Under the pieces are notes generated by a model. The model made no database searches, had not been told where the DNA came from, and saw nothing but the letters and a program-made list of their open reading frames with translations. Position numbers and translations under genes: made by a program. Shown in pieces: positions 8,251 to 19,119 of a stretch of DNA of 64,000 bases. This stretch comes from a virus. The DNA lies in IMG/VR virus record IMGVR_UViG_3300028888_000123. The stretch is one strand, 5' to 3'. The stretch's first letter is position 1, and the number at the start of each line of letters is the position of its first letter.

Positions 8251-9045
8251 ATGAAAAACTTTATGGTTTGATGTTGGAGTATCATCGTTTTACTCCTAGT
8301 TATCTGCGGTTTTAACTCTTGGTTTGTGGTTGAACCTGGATACAACTGATTTACTGTTACACTAGGAAAGGTTAACAGTACGGTTTACACGGATGGGTTA
8401 CATTTTAAAACTCCATTCATTACTAAGTCTGTAAAATATAATATACAGACACAAAAAGCTGAATGAGTTACTGAAGCTAGCTCAAAAGATTTACAGACTG
8501 TTGATGCTACGATTGTAGTGAATTACAAATTCAAAGAAAGTGAGGTAGTTAACCTATACAAAAATGTAGGTAGGGAAGAAAAGGTACAAGAAAAAGTTCT
8601 AGAACCAGCTATCCAAGAAGTATTTAAATCTGTTGTAGCTAAATTTTCTGCCGAACAATTAATCACAGAAAGAAGTGCTGTATCTAAAGAAATTGAAGAT
8701 GCCTTAAACAAGAAGTTAGATGCTTATGGAATTCAAATCCAATCATTTAATATTGTAAACTTCAACTTCTCTAAATCATTCAACGATGCAATTGAAGCTA
8801 AGGTAACAGCTGAACAGAATGCACTAGCTGAAAAGAATAAACTAGAACAGGTGAAGTATGAAGCTGAGCAGAAAGTTGTTGCAGCTGAAGCACAAGCTAA
8901 GGCTATTGAAATTCAAGCTAAAGCTATTCAAAACCAATGAGGTGCTGAATATGTAAAGTTAAAATGGATTGAAAGATGGGATGGTAAATTACCTGTAACT
9001 ATGGCTTGAGAAGATAGCTCATTTATAATGATGATGGATAAATAA
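8251..9045 (+). CDS. SPFH/band-7 (prohibitin/HflC-like) membrane protein (264 aa).
   Basis: N-terminal TM segment followed by an SPFH-like domain and an Ala/Gln/Glu-rich coiled coil (AEQNALAEKNKLEQVKYEAEQKVVAAEAQAKAIEIQAKAIQNQ). Confidence 0.55.
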
Positions 9046-9071
9046 TTTTATAATTTAGCTGATTTAAAACA

Positions 9072-9467
9072 ATGGAAAAAGTTATTAACTTATTTAATAA
9101 ATTTATGGAGGAAGAAAAAAATCTTCCTGGTGAACGACAACTAATAACAGACATCTTTGAAGAAGATTTATGATGAGATGATTGAACTGTTTTGTGGGCC
9201 TTTATGCAAGAGCCAGATGTATGATATGCTCAATATAGTTATCCAGAGTGGGGAGGTAAGAAGTTCTGATTTATAGAATGGCTAGTTAAAAGGAGAGAAG
9301 AATTCTTGAAAGATTATGAAGCTATCACGAATGTAGATGAGTGAAAGAAAATATTAATTTGAGATGTGATGATTACAAATATTAATTGAAGTTTAACGGA
9401 TAGTATCGTCGGAGCATTAGCTACAGTAGATAATCCAATAGACTTTTTAGATAACATATTGTTATAA
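9072..9467 (+). CDS. Hypothetical acidic protein (131 aa).
   Basis: Frame open with 9 TGA codons to TAA 9465-9467. Confidence 0.4.
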
Positions 9468-9468
9468 T

Positions 9469-9861
9469 ATGAAACGATTTAAGCCATTCACACCTAGTAT
9501 AGATAAGAAATCTAAATGGTACGATTATCGAGAAAATAGAATGAGAACCTATGCAAAAATAAATTGAAAGTCTGTCTACTTAAAAGAGAAGTATGGTAGA
9601 GTAGATGCTTCTGTAGAAAATTGAGGAACTCATTTATTTATGGAGACTATGCTAGATTATGAAACTATGTCAGAGGGGCATTGTATGTATTGTAATGCTA
9701 ATGCAAAGCAATATTGGACACACGAAGACAGTTGGGTTATTCACCTCTGTCTTCCCTGTCTGATAGGGGATAAAATTACTATTTTACTTGAAAAGATTAT
9801 CACTCGATGGAGAAAGAGAAACGACAGAAGTGGTTGATATACCTCATTTACATCTGCATAG
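9469..9861 (+). CDS. Hypothetical protein with an HNH/zinc-ribbon-like motif (130 aa).
   Basis: CMYCNANAKQYWTHEDSWVIHLCLPC motif; ORF track 9640..9837 is in the same frame. Confidence 0.4.
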
Positions 9862-9991
9862 GAGAAATTATCCTATTCTTTGCGTGGGTATATCTAGAAA
9901 TAGAATATTGAAAAGGGGTGGCACAGTTACCCGACAATGTATATATTAGGTCTGAACTAATAAATACTTGAAACAGTATCAATAAATAAAA

Positions 9992-10013
9992 ATTGACCCT
10001 GAATTGACCCTGT
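9992..10013 (+). repeat. Direct repeat ATTGACCCTG x2 inside a 180-nt non-coding gap.
   Basis: AAATTGACCCTGAATTGACCCTGTT read directly; possible operator or middle promoter. Confidence 0.4.
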
Positions 10014-10038
10014 TTATATTTTTAACCAGTTAAGAACT

Positions 10039-10293
10039 ATGGCAAAATTACCAGAATGAGACCATATATGGATAATAGAAGACCCTATATGGTATGATGG
10101 CTTCTTCTGTTATGAAGACCAAAACACTTGACAGAGATATTCTAAAGTGGCACATTTACCTTTGGAGAAAGATGAGATGTGTAAGTATGGGAAAATTTAT
10201 AAAGTGGAGAAAATAAAGACTTGACCAAGAGAATATGATTATTACTACAAGATTCTATCTGAAAGACCTGATGAGGATGAATTAGCTTCCTAA
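10039..10293 (+). CDS. Hypothetical protein (84 aa).
   Basis: Open frame with TGA as Gly. Confidence 0.4.
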
Positions 10294-10333
10294 ACGAAGC
10301 GAATATAGTTTTATAAATTAATTATATATAGTT

Positions 10334-10642
10334 ATGAAAGTAGTAAAAAATGAAACTCCTAAAGAGGAGGTAAAGTTTATAGCCGAGGAAGTTGACAACT
10401 TAAAAGAAGATGTCACTTGATTAGCAGAAGACATTCTTGGTTTAACTGATGTCCTAGATTGTATTCATTCGGTAGAAAAAATAATGCTTGATATTATTAT
10501 TAAGCAAGATGAACAGATTAAAGTTCTAGATGATAAGATAGAGAATGTAGATAATGCCTGATTATATTTATTCTGGTTCTTGGTTATTTGGAATGTAGTC
10601 CTATCTGTTTTATTCACTTTATCGATTTACGATGTTCTCTAA
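10334..10642 (+). CDS. Hypothetical protein with a C-terminal TM segment (102 aa).
   Basis: Open frame; stop TAA 10640-10642 counted. Confidence 0.4.
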
Positions 10643-10655
10643 TAATCATATCAGT

Positions 10656-10853
10656 ATGGGCTTTGGTTGCTGCCATTGCCCATATTGTCGTCACGTCCAT
10701 AAGACTAAGTATGGATATTATAAGAAATATAAATCTTATTGGTGAGGGCTACGTCCTTATCAATATAGAAAGATTATAAAGAAACTCCGTCAGCACAAGC
10801 ACGACGAAGAGTTACCTAATAGACTTTTTAACTTAATGAGATATACAGACTAA
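10656..10853 (+). CDS. Small basic Cys-rich zinc-ribbon-like protein (65 aa).
   Basis: GFGCCHCPYCRH motif. Confidence 0.35.
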
Positions 10854-11026
10854 TGAACAAGTACGAATTAGAAAAAACTGCTCAAGAATTAAATGATATA
10901 GCAGGAATCCCTTGAAATGAAGAAAGAGCTATGGAATTAGCTAGAGCTTTGATTGCTCATTATAAATGAGAAGATAAGCCTAAAGAAGATAAAACCCAGT
11001 TAGAAATACCTTTTAAGGAAGAGTAG
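10853..11026 (+). CDS. Hypothetical small protein (57 aa).
   Basis: Start overlaps the preceding stop (TAATG). Confidence 0.3.
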
Positions 11027-11057
11027 GTTATTAAAAATCATTTCAAAAATATAATCT

Positions 11058-11072
11058 ATATATAGGGATTTT
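11058..11072 (+). promoter_or_regulatory. TCTATATATAGG motif shared with the late promoter-like element; it lies about 25 nt upstream of the ATG at 11093.
   Basis: Same 11-mer as at 47445, 62196 and (variant) 26372. Confidence 0.35.
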
Positions 11073-11092
11073 ATTTCTTTACAATATAGAAT

Positions 11093-11278
11093 ATGTCGAA
11101 ATGAGAAGAAATTATTAAAGAGCATTTCTACAACAAAGAAGGCGTAGAGACTCCTAAAAAGAATGTATGTAAAATGGGTATAGAAATTTCGAGCTGTAGG
11201 CAATGTATATTCGAGGCTCTATGCAGATATCAGGATATGTGTGAGAGAAATAAAGTCCGAAGAGGCGGAACTCTCTAG
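11093..11278 (+). CDS. Small Cys-rich protein (61 aa).
   Basis: Open frame after the TCTATATATAGG motif. Confidence 0.3.
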
Positions 11279-11363
11279 CCGTAAAAAAAGAGGAGGAAGA
11301 GGTATGGTCTGCATCCTCTCTATAGAAATATAGGAGGAGAAGATTTAACTTTTAAACCAAAGT

Positions 11364-11948
11364 ATGGCAACTAAACGATTAAAAATCCTTATTGCTGTTA
11401 TGTCTATTATCCTAATATTTATGTTAGGATTTAACGCTTGACACGGTGAGGATATTATAACTGAGATGCAAGTGAAACCTGTCGTTGAGACAGGTAGTGT
11501 AGCTTCTTGAGATGTGAAGGAGGTTGAAACTGTAATTTACACTTGGGAAGATACAAAAGTTAATCTTGCTAATAAAGTAAATGCTTTAATAGGGGACTAC
11601 AGTATCAGTTATGCTATAGTCAATGAATGCACTACACAAGTATATGATGACTATAGACACTGTATTGAAAGTATCGTAGGCATTGCTAACGCCGAAAGTA
11701 CTTTATTTACTAAATGAATGAAACCTAGTAATAATTGACTAGGGCTTATGTATAAGTGAACAAAGAGAAAGTTCTCAAGCGTTGAAGAATCAATTCAAGT
11801 TTGGGTTTCGCTTTACAAAAAAAATTGATGGGGAAAGAGAATTACTTGAGCAGACTGGCTCAAAGGTAAATCAGCTTATTGTCAATCGGCTTGCACGAAT
11901 TGGGCAAAAGCATATAATTCAGTAATAAAAAAACTAGAGCTAGACTAG
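11364..11948 (+). CDS. Membrane-anchored protein with a lytic-transglycosylase (SLT)-like motif (194 aa).
   Basis: N-terminal TM segment. GIANAES...GLGLM resembles the SLT catalytic E-S and GLMQ motifs. ORF track 11514..11717 extended through TGA. Confidence 0.4.
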
Positions 11949-11951
11949 CTC
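11937..11951 (+). other. 15-bp palindrome GAGCTAGACTAGCTC overlapping the stop codon.
   Basis: Perfect inverted repeat around a central A; it shares an AGCTAG core with the palindrome at 47301. Confidence 0.4.
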
Positions 11952-12056
11952 ACGTAATCGACTATACCTCTTTATAAAAAAAAGACTTGAAATTTATTTT
12001 GATAACATTATGAAATAATTGTTGTAATTATTTAGCCAACAAAAACAAAAACAAAA

Positions 12057-12320
12057 ATGAGAGTTTACCCCAGTATTCTCCTACAGGTAGGAGACTTGGT
12101 AGAGAGCCCTAACGAGCAAATGTTATGGTACGTAGCAGATATCATAGAGTGAATACCTATGTTATGTGATGGTACCAATATATTTTGTCCTCGTTGGGGC
12201 TTTTATTTTCAAACAGATTATTGAAGTTTTATCCCTATAGTGGATGATTCTTCAGCTTCAAAAATCAATGAAGCTTATTTGAATTTTGACTACGAAAGTA
12301 CCTGGGGTTTCTCTGAATAA
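12057..12320 (+). CDS. Hypothetical protein (87 aa).
   Basis: AAACAAAAATG leader; open frame. Confidence 0.4.
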
Positions 12321-12338
12321 AATTTATTAAAAACAAAA

Positions 12339-12527
12339 ATGTGAGCATTAGCCCACACGTTGTTCTTTGTATTTACCCCAAGATACAAAGAGAGACTATC
12401 TGTCAACCGAGAATGTGTTAGTTGTAATAGAAATTTAGATAAGTCAACTAGCTTTTTATTGACAGCGGAGTCTATATTAATCATTTATAACTCTATGTCA
12501 AGAGAATTTATAAAAAAAGTTATGTAG
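12339..12527 (+). CDS. Hypothetical small protein (62 aa).
   Basis: AAACAAAAATG leader. Confidence 0.3.
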
Positions 12528-12812
12528 ATGAAAAATACGTTATCTAACAAGCGAAAAGCTATGCCTTTCTATGAAGCTAGAAGGGTTATAAAAAGAGAAG
12601 CTGAAGAAGCTTGACTAAAATGGACGGAAGAAATAGATGACCAATTTACCAGTGAAATTGAATTTCTTTTAGGTCTGAAGGGCCGATGGCTCCTTTGCCA
12701 TATGGGGAAAAATATACCCTACACATTAAGATTCAGACTAATATGAGAAAAGGATTACACTAGGTGTCAGCCGTGGAACTTTGTCAAGCTAGCAAAACAA
12801 AAACTTTTACAT
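12528..12812 (+). CDS. Hypothetical basic protein (94 aa).
   Basis: Open frame with TGA as Gly. Confidence 0.35.
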
Positions 12813-12828
12813 TAAAACAAAATTAACT

Positions 12829-13113
12829 ATGGGAATAAATCCATATAAATCAGTGAATGGTTACACCGTAGTTTATAACCACTGAACCATTAAGATTATA
12901 ACCAAAGACAAATTAGATGTAATGGAATGAGTAGTCTACCTACCAAAATCTCTCATTCAATTTATCCTAGAATTTGATTTAACCTCACCATTAAAAGCGA
13001 CTGTGTTATCACTTAATGAAGAGGTGGGATGTTTAATTGACGCTATTTGTTATTCGCCCGATGAGAAAACTGGGTTCTTAACTCTTAAAAATATGTATTA
13101 CATAACAAGATAA
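12829..13113 (+). CDS. Hypothetical protein (94 aa).
   Basis: Open frame. Confidence 0.4.
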
Positions 13114-13121
13114 AAAATCTC

Positions 13122-13149
13122 TTGACACGGGAAATGAAATCCTTATAAA
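13122..13149 (+). promoter_or_regulatory. Sigma-70-type promoter TTGACA-N16-TATAAA.
   Basis: Consensus -35 and -10 hexamers read directly, 50 nt upstream of the ATG at 13199. Confidence 0.45.
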
Positions 13150-13198
13150 AGGGTTACCTTATTAAGAAGGTCCTTTATATTTATTACTAATTTATAAG

Positions 13199-13870
13199 AT
13201 GCCAATCTATTGACAACAAACAACTAGCGTGGATACGCCACGCCATCCATCTTTATCTTGGGCTAACTTTAAAAACTGAAAGTTTATTGCCTGGAATAGA
13301 GAAAAACAAGTAGAGGAAGAAATTAAACTACCAGAGAGTTTTATTCTTGTCGCAGAGTGATGGAGTATCAAATGACGACTAGAAAATAAAGGCTCTGTGT
13401 GGTCGAACGAAATCTACTCTTTCAGTAAAGACCCACTTACAGTAAGAAGTTGAAACGGTGAAATATTATATGAATGAATGTATTCAGAATTAAAAGATAA
13501 ATTACGTGCAGTAGGTTTGAAGCCAGTCAAAAACTGCCATTATGTAGACCCAGAGAAACCTGATGAGTTAAGAACTTTCTGTATCAAAGGAGCTGCATTA
13601 AAAGAATGGATGAACCTTTTCTCAGATGATAATAGATTCGCGGCAGGTAACCATTTAATCTGCTTCAATAAAATTGAAAAAGGAAAGACTTGAGCTGTGA
13701 CTTATACATTTCCTACGTTTACTATCTGTGATGAGCTAACTCAGGAACAAAAGAATATACAAGCAGACTGGTGAGCTAAATTAGCCGCATATCAGGAAAG
13801 GGTTAATGCCACAGCGGACGAAATTCAGAACGAAAAAGCAGTTCAAGAAGAAGATACTTTACCTTTCTAA
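13199..13870 (+). CDS. Hypothetical protein (223 aa).
   Basis: ORF track 13478..13693 extended through 9 TGA codons. Confidence 0.45.
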
Positions 13871-13881
13871 ATTAATTAATT

Positions 13882-14454
13882 ATGCCACGGTGCCCTTGAT
13901 GTCAAAAGAATAAAGACATAGACTCTTTTTATAAAGATAATAGTAAGAATAGAGGATTCAGATTTCCCTGTAAAGATTGTTTTAAATTAAAACGAGAGGA
14001 CCAAAAAAAGAATAAAACCTGACGTTTTAGTGCAGAAGCAAAAGCAAAAAAGAGCGCTTACAATAAAATGCGATACCAAGAGAATATTGAATCTGAAAAA
14101 GAGCGTTGTCGTATTAGGGCAAATAGGGTTTATAACGAAACTAAATATACTATAAAAACAAGATTAAAAGTAGTATATAATGATGCGAAACGTAGGTGTA
14201 CAAACCCAAAGGATAAAGCATATGTTCGCTATTGATGACGTGGCATAAAATTTTTACGAGATTCTTTCGATGAATTTTATGCAGATATGAGCGAAGGATA
14301 TATCCAACATATTAATGAATATGGAATGGGGACTAAATATACCCAGCTAGATAGGATAGATAATGATTGAAATTATTGTAAAGAAAACTGTAGGCGAATT
14401 ACTGCGAAAGAAAACAATCACCGGAATCGTAAAAAACAATTTTATCACAAATAA
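13882..14454 (+). CDS. HNH homing-type endonuclease (HNH_3 family) with an N-terminal zinc ribbon (190 aa).
   Basis: QLDRIDNDGNYCKENCRRITAKENNHRN matches the HNH_3 signature (DRIDNdgnY..NCRw.T...N..N). N-terminal CPGC...CKDC. Confidence 0.6.
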
Positions 14455-14465
14455 TTACCAAATAG

Positions 14466-15215
14466 ATGCTCTACAAACAATTTGCGCCTCTTAAGGAAGA
14501 TTATAAAACTATCATAGTTTCTGTAACGGAGATAGAAAAAGCTCTCGTCCCTACTCCAAGTTTCGTTTGAGAACTTGAGCCTAAGAAGAAAGCTAATACG
14601 TATTGGGTATGAAACTTAGTAGAAAATATCGTCTTTGCTAGAATTAATCAATGAGTTGAAGCAGCCCAACATCAAATTGAGATTGCTAGATGAATGATGA
14701 ATCCAGAAAGAATGAGATATTATTCTGCTAGTTGAGTAGAAGACAAGCAATTTTCACGATTGTACGATTGATTAGACCAGCTCATTCCTCTATCTGAACA
14801 GTATGAAGCTATAGGTATGTATGATATAAGAAACCTTAGGAGTGCAGTTGAAGTAGACTTCAGTTGATATAAGGTAATTTTGACCGGGGAAATTGATTGG
14901 GGTATGGACTGAACTATGCTCTTCGATTGTAAGACAGCTAAGAAAAAATGGAATGAAAATGAGAAATGGGAATTAGGGTGCTATCAATGAAGATTTTACC
15001 CTTGGTTTCAATTCTTACAACATCCAGACATAGACGCTATATCATTTAGTTATCTCGTGTTTACAAAGCAAAAAACTATTCAGCATCAAAATATCACTCA
15101 CATCGTCAAAAGGCAAGAGGCTGAAGACTTTGTAAAAGATAAGTTATATCAATACTTATTAGGGGTACATAAATGAGAAATAGAAACTACCGAATGAAGT
15201 CTTGATAGAATGTAA
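14466..15215 (+). CDS. PD-(D/E)xK-type nuclease-like protein (252 aa).
   Basis: GEIDWGMDGTMLFDCKTAKKKW resembles the D...(D/E)xK core of RecB/YqaJ-type exonucleases. Confidence 0.35.
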
Positions 15216-15261
15216 AATATTTATACCGCTAAGCGGCATTTACTTTAAACAAAAATAAAAA

Positions 15262-15723
15262 ATGAATAAAGATAGTCAACGTTGAGTTGCTACTGAACTT
15301 ATTGAACTCATAGCTAATCTAATCGCTAGTTATTCACATCATAATGAGCTATACAATTCTATACAGTCTGACTTGCTTCACCCAGAATTATTTACTGAGG
15401 AACAAGTAAAGCAGATGCAAGAGGATAGTATATGGCATTATAATAAAATGACTAGCCTCTTAGAAGAGAGAAGATTAGCTATGAGAAAATTAAAAGAGAA
15501 AGCTATAGAATGTGACGAGCATATGCGATGCCTTGTCAAACATTCTATAGCTTCTTTTCAATTTAGCCAAGAAGTTCTAAATACAAATATGGATGATTTA
15601 GATTATATCCACTTGGCTGAAACTGCTTACCAATATATGTATGAATGTGTAAGTAAATTCCTATGAGTTACATTGGTTACCTGTGCTAGGTGCTTGGAGG
15701 ATGAACTCAATTTACAAAAATAA
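15262..15723 (+). CDS. Hypothetical protein (153 aa).
   Basis: ORF track 15373..15666 extended; AAACAAAAATAAAAAATG leader. Confidence 0.45.
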
Positions 15724-15732
15724 AAAAAGAAA

Positions 15733-16293
15733 ATGCAAGAGAACCCTTATGAAAAGGCATTAAACTTATATAAGGAGAACCTCGACGAGTGACGTATATT
15801 CCTTTACGAGAATATGAAAATACTTATGAGGAAAAATCCTCTCCTTCGCCATAAGAATTATACCTTTACAAAAGACGACATCCTTTCAGAGGCGTTCCTT
15901 ATCTGAGATGAAATCCTTTTGAGAAAGGATATACCAGACGAAAAGAAAATCTCTAAACTATGGTATCTATTCAATAGATGAGGCTGAGCCCTATATAATA
16001 AATTAAATCAATATGGAGCTGAAAGCTATACTATAGATGATATTAGAGATAGTGATAGCCGAAGTTATGATATGGATGTCGATATGTTACAGTATGTATT
16101 AGTAGTAAATAATATAATTTCTCCATTGGAGGCAAAGGTACTTCAATATGTATGAGAATGAAGAGGGAAATATGAAATCGCAAGACTTATGAAAACTACA
16201 TACTATAATGTGAGAGATATTGTGGATACAATCTGATTAAAGATAAAAAGGTTTTTAGAAGAAAACGATTTAGAAGATGCAACTAACAGCTAA
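15733..16293 (+). CDS. Sigma-factor-like transcription regulator (186 aa).
   Basis: C-terminal helix-turn-helix KYEIARLMKTTYYNVRDIVDTIGLKIKRFLEE resembles sigma-70 region 4; the size suits a phage or ECF sigma factor. Confidence 0.4.
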
Positions 16294-16411
16294 TGCAGAG
16301 CAAAAAGTTATTTCTCAGTATATAACGGTGTATCAATCTATAATTTCTTTCTCTGTAGAAAAGTTATGATTAGAAGTTATATTAAAATATAACAAATCAG
16401 ACACCGATAAT

Positions 16412-16852
16412 ATGCTAGACGACTGTAATGCTCATTTAATAGAGGTGTGCGAAGACTACCTAAAAGAGCATAAACTTAATTTAGATAAGTTTCAGCTCGC
16501 AACGATAGTGGCTCAGTTATGGAGCCAGACAATCTCTGAACTAGACGAACCATTCCGTGTAACAATTAAGGAGTCAAAGCATCTAATTCAAGATTACCTA
16601 GAAAAGAATAAATCCAAGAGGGAGACCCTAGAAAGAATTAAGAAAGAGAATGAAAGTCTTGATAAAGAGGTGGCCCTTAGGAAAAAGGAGCAACAGGAGA
16701 AAAAAGTCATTCTTAGACCAGAACCCGAAATGCCGAGCGAAAATTTGGAAACCGGGGGCCTGGGGACCGAACCCCTCCCCTCTAAGCCTAAGAAACCTAG
16801 AGCTAGATGAACCGACGCTCTTGCAGTTGACAACTTTAGATTACCAATTTAA
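16412..16852 (+). CDS. Hypothetical protein with a GC-rich Gly/Pro/Lys tail (146 aa).
   Basis: ORF track 16412..16810 extended through TGA to TAA 16850. Confidence 0.4.
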
Positions 16853-17304
16853 TGGGGATGCAGAAACTTGATTTTATTAGACGTGCTCCTTGAATTACTG
16901 ATTTCAATATGCTCGTAGAAAAAATAAATGAAATCATAATCAAGCTGGATACTAAAATAGAAATAGAAGATGTGTCTATCGATAGACAAATAAAGGACTT
17001 TACCTTCTTCAAATGAGAAGAAACTAAACTACCATACCACCAAGAATTCACCATTACCTCTAATGAAGAAGCTACGAAAGTCTTTGAAATGTATAACCTT
17101 ACCTACAAAGAAATAAAGCAAATAAATGATATTATCATTAAATGAAACATTGTTGCTTTAACTATAGATGTAGTTGAGGAAGTGACAGAGAAAGATAAGA
17201 AACAAGAAACTTTCTTTGGCTATGTAAAAACTGTAGACTTAGATGCTCCAGTAAAAGAGAAACCAAAAAAGAAAAGAGCAAAGAAGAAAAACTCTTGGAA
17301 ATAA
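16852..17304 (+). CDS. Hypothetical protein with a lysine-rich C-terminus (150 aa).
   Basis: Start overlaps the preceding stop; open frame. Confidence 0.4.
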
Positions 17305-17329
17305 AAACTTTTATAAACAAAAATAAAAT

Positions 17330-17788
17330 ATGTCATTTGTATCTGACCTTGCAATATGAGAAGCTTGCCAAATAGAATTTGCTAAACTATTACTTAGTAC
17401 AGAGAAAGTAGTTAAGCTTGAAATCGCTCAATGAAAATTTAAGCTACGAGATATAAAAATTACTACCCCAGAATGAGAGAAGACTTATGAAATAAAGAAG
17501 GACCTTAAAGCACAAGACACCTGAAACTATGTAATTGAAACTCGTTGTAATTGAAAAGTCTCAGGTATCTACACTTCTACTGCAGATTATATAGTCTATA
17601 ATGTGAAGTGAGAACGACGAATTCAAGAGAGGGGCGAACTAATCCTTAGACTTATGGACGTAGAGAAACGTATAACTAAATGAGGAGATTGACGAAGAGC
17701 TGAAATGTTTGTATTAAAATGTGATACCTTACCTGTTTTATTTAATAAGATAGAAACAAATGGACAAACTTGAGAAGAAAATAGCTAA
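17330..17788 (+). CDS. Hypothetical protein, possible PD-(D/E)xK-like fold (152 aa).
   Basis: YEIKKDLKAQDTGNYVIETR motif. Boundaries are uncertain and the 3' end overlaps the next gene. Confidence 0.3.
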
Positions 17789-18044
17789 GCAAGAAGAAGC
17801 TATAGCTGAAACTTTGAGAGAGTTTCTAAAGCATTTTAATAAAGCTTGGTATTCTATTGAGGAACCTGTAAGAGAGTTGGAAAAATTCTTTGACTTAACT
17901 ACAGATTGAGATTGAATAGTCTATATATTTGTAAAAACTAAAGAATGAGATTTCTCTATGGGCTATACTACAGATATAGATTTAGCAGACTTACAGAATG
18001 TTATAAACTATCTTAAATTCAAGGCAGATATTTACCTTAGATAA
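17760..18044 (+). CDS. Hypothetical protein (94 aa).
   Basis: Open frame; overlaps the previous gene by about 29 nt. Confidence 0.35.
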
Positions 18045-18051
18045 AAATAAA

Positions 18052-18558
18052 ATGGCAAAAACAAAAAAGAAATTTGAATGATGGAAGCGAGAAAGTATAA
18101 ATGCTGAAGTCATTGAAAACTCTGATAAGGCTATAGAAATTATTCTTTACGGATTTATCCCTAGTAAAAAGAATAACCGTAGAAACTTTTGACATATCTC
18201 TCTGCCTAGTGAAACTTATACAGAATGGCATAAGAGAATAGTAAGTGTGTTATCTTGAATAGAATGGAAATTTAAAAGTTTCCCCTGTAAGATAACTATA
18301 GCGTCTGTAGCTTGAGACAGGGTTAAATCTGATATAGATAATCAGGCCCAATCTATATTTGATACATTTACAGATTTATGAATTATTCCTGACGATAATA
18401 GATTTGTAGTACAGGAATTACATATTACAAATATGGGCTATGTAAAAAATGCCTATATGACCAAAGTATTAATTGAGTGAGATTATACTCTTCGCTACAA
18501 TGACGACTGAGACCATAAAGGCTTTGACTTAAAGCAATATACTTATCATTTAAGTTAG
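18052..18558 (+). CDS. rusA: RusA-family Holliday-junction resolvase (168 aa).
   Basis: IPSKKNNRR and VAGDRVKSDIDNQAQSIFDTFTDLGIIPDDNRFV match the RusA signature (KKNS..., DxDN, I.DD). Confidence 0.6.
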
Positions 18559-18583
18559 TTTTATTATTTACAAAAAATAAAAA

Positions 18584-19096
18584 ATGAAATGAGTTAATGT
18601 AAAAGAATGCCGTTTAATAGACCAATGGCTTCATTCATCAATTGCTTCAGTAACTTGGAGAGACTTAATCAACTTCTTCGGACAAGATATGTCTACAATC
18701 GCTAAGGCAGTAGCAGAATTAGACAAATCTGAATTATACAAAACTGTAGGAGGAGACATAGAAAAGAAAGCTGAAGAAATAGTCGAAGCAAAATGTAAAC
18801 CTGAATGGAATAGAATCTCTGAAGAGATGAAACCTTTAGGAGAAGAAAGAAATAAATTAGCAAAAGAAAAAGCTGGAATACCAGAGGATTGAGTTTGGGA
18901 AACCGAGAAAGAAGAAAGATTAAATGAAATAGACAAGAAAATGTCTGACCTATCAGCCGAATATCAAAAGGTAACAGATGACGCAAATAAAGAATTAAAT
19001 GAATTTAAAGAAAAAAGAATCAACGAAGAGCAAGGGGCAGCCTTCTTGTTAGATGACGCTGAATATGACTTGGTTGGTTGATACTGTTGATTTTAA
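18584..19096 (+). CDS. Hypothetical acidic protein (170 aa).
   Basis: ORF track 18689..18892 extended; stop counted at 19094. Confidence 0.4.
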
Positions 19097-19119
19097 TTTA
19101 CTACTAAACAAAAATAAAA

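Noticed and set aside
12290-12484. A 64-aa minus-strand ORF.
   Set aside because: It overlaps two + strand genes that carry the conserved A-rich leaders; all neighbours are + strand.
13882-14454. The HNH endonuclease considered as a mobile_element feature.
   Set aside because: No terminal repeats or target duplication are visible. It is annotated as a CDS with a note on homing behaviour.
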